From the NCBI RefSeq assembly GCF_964355755.1, contig NC_092672.1, forward strand, positions 3,162,001 through 3,226,000: DNA of 64,000 nucleotides, written 5' to 3'. The notes under the pieces are model-generated. The model searched no databases, had not been told where the DNA came from, and worked only from the letters and a program-made list of their open reading frames with translations. Source of the DNA: Antedon mediterranea. Lineage: Eukaryota > Animalia > Echinodermata. This document shows positions 63,758 through 64,000 of the stretch, in pieces; position 1 is the first letter of the stretch, and each line of letters begins with the position of its first letter. A program made the position numbers and the translations under genes.

Positions 63758-64000
63758 GTGAGTTGTTAAAGATTAAAGAGAGGATGGTTTAATCAATTTT
63801 CATTAAAATCGGTGTTCTCCCAATATAGAAATTAAGTCTGACAAATTAAGCAAATCTACTAAATACAAAGATGCTAAATAATATTGTATTATTGTTGTAC
63901 TTCCCTAGTATTCAATTGACAAAATATAGCCTTTTATTGCTCTTGGTCAGTGTTTTTAATGGCTAGGCCTAACCTACCACTAATAGATTAGATAAGTGTT

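Overview
AT-rich, intron-rich animal DNA, most likely an invertebrate deuterostome such as an echinoderm (inferred from the SRCR/LDLa receptor and the repeat landscape, not proven). I reconstructed seven spliced genes by hand from ORF fragments, GT-AG boundaries and exon phase. (1) MYBBP1A (-, runs off the left edge) lies head-to-head with (2) eIF4H (+). (3) A 27-exon, ~1735-aa chimeric LGR/GRL101-type GPCR (-) has the architecture signal-7xSRCR-LDLa-kringle-6xLDLa-LRRNT-few LRR-7TM. (4) A 322-aa IFI44-like P-loop GTPase ending in a CaaX box (-) lies head-to-head with (5) synergin gamma (+). (6) is a small C2H2 + Mutator-type DNA-binding-domain gene (+). (7) is the 5' part of LIS1/PAFAH1B1 (+). 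Introns contain Harbinger-, hAT- and Kolobok-like MITEs, tRNA-derived SINEs, a Helitron, a Helentron-like element, minisatellites and a degenerate Penelope-type hammerhead ribozyme. The most interesting part is the two-gene island at 21.5-43.8 kb: a scavenger-receptor GPCR, with a 5x tandemly multiplied splice donor that could yield a secreted ectodomain, next to a possibly prenylated IFI44-like GTPase. All calls come from reading the sequence; no database searches were run.
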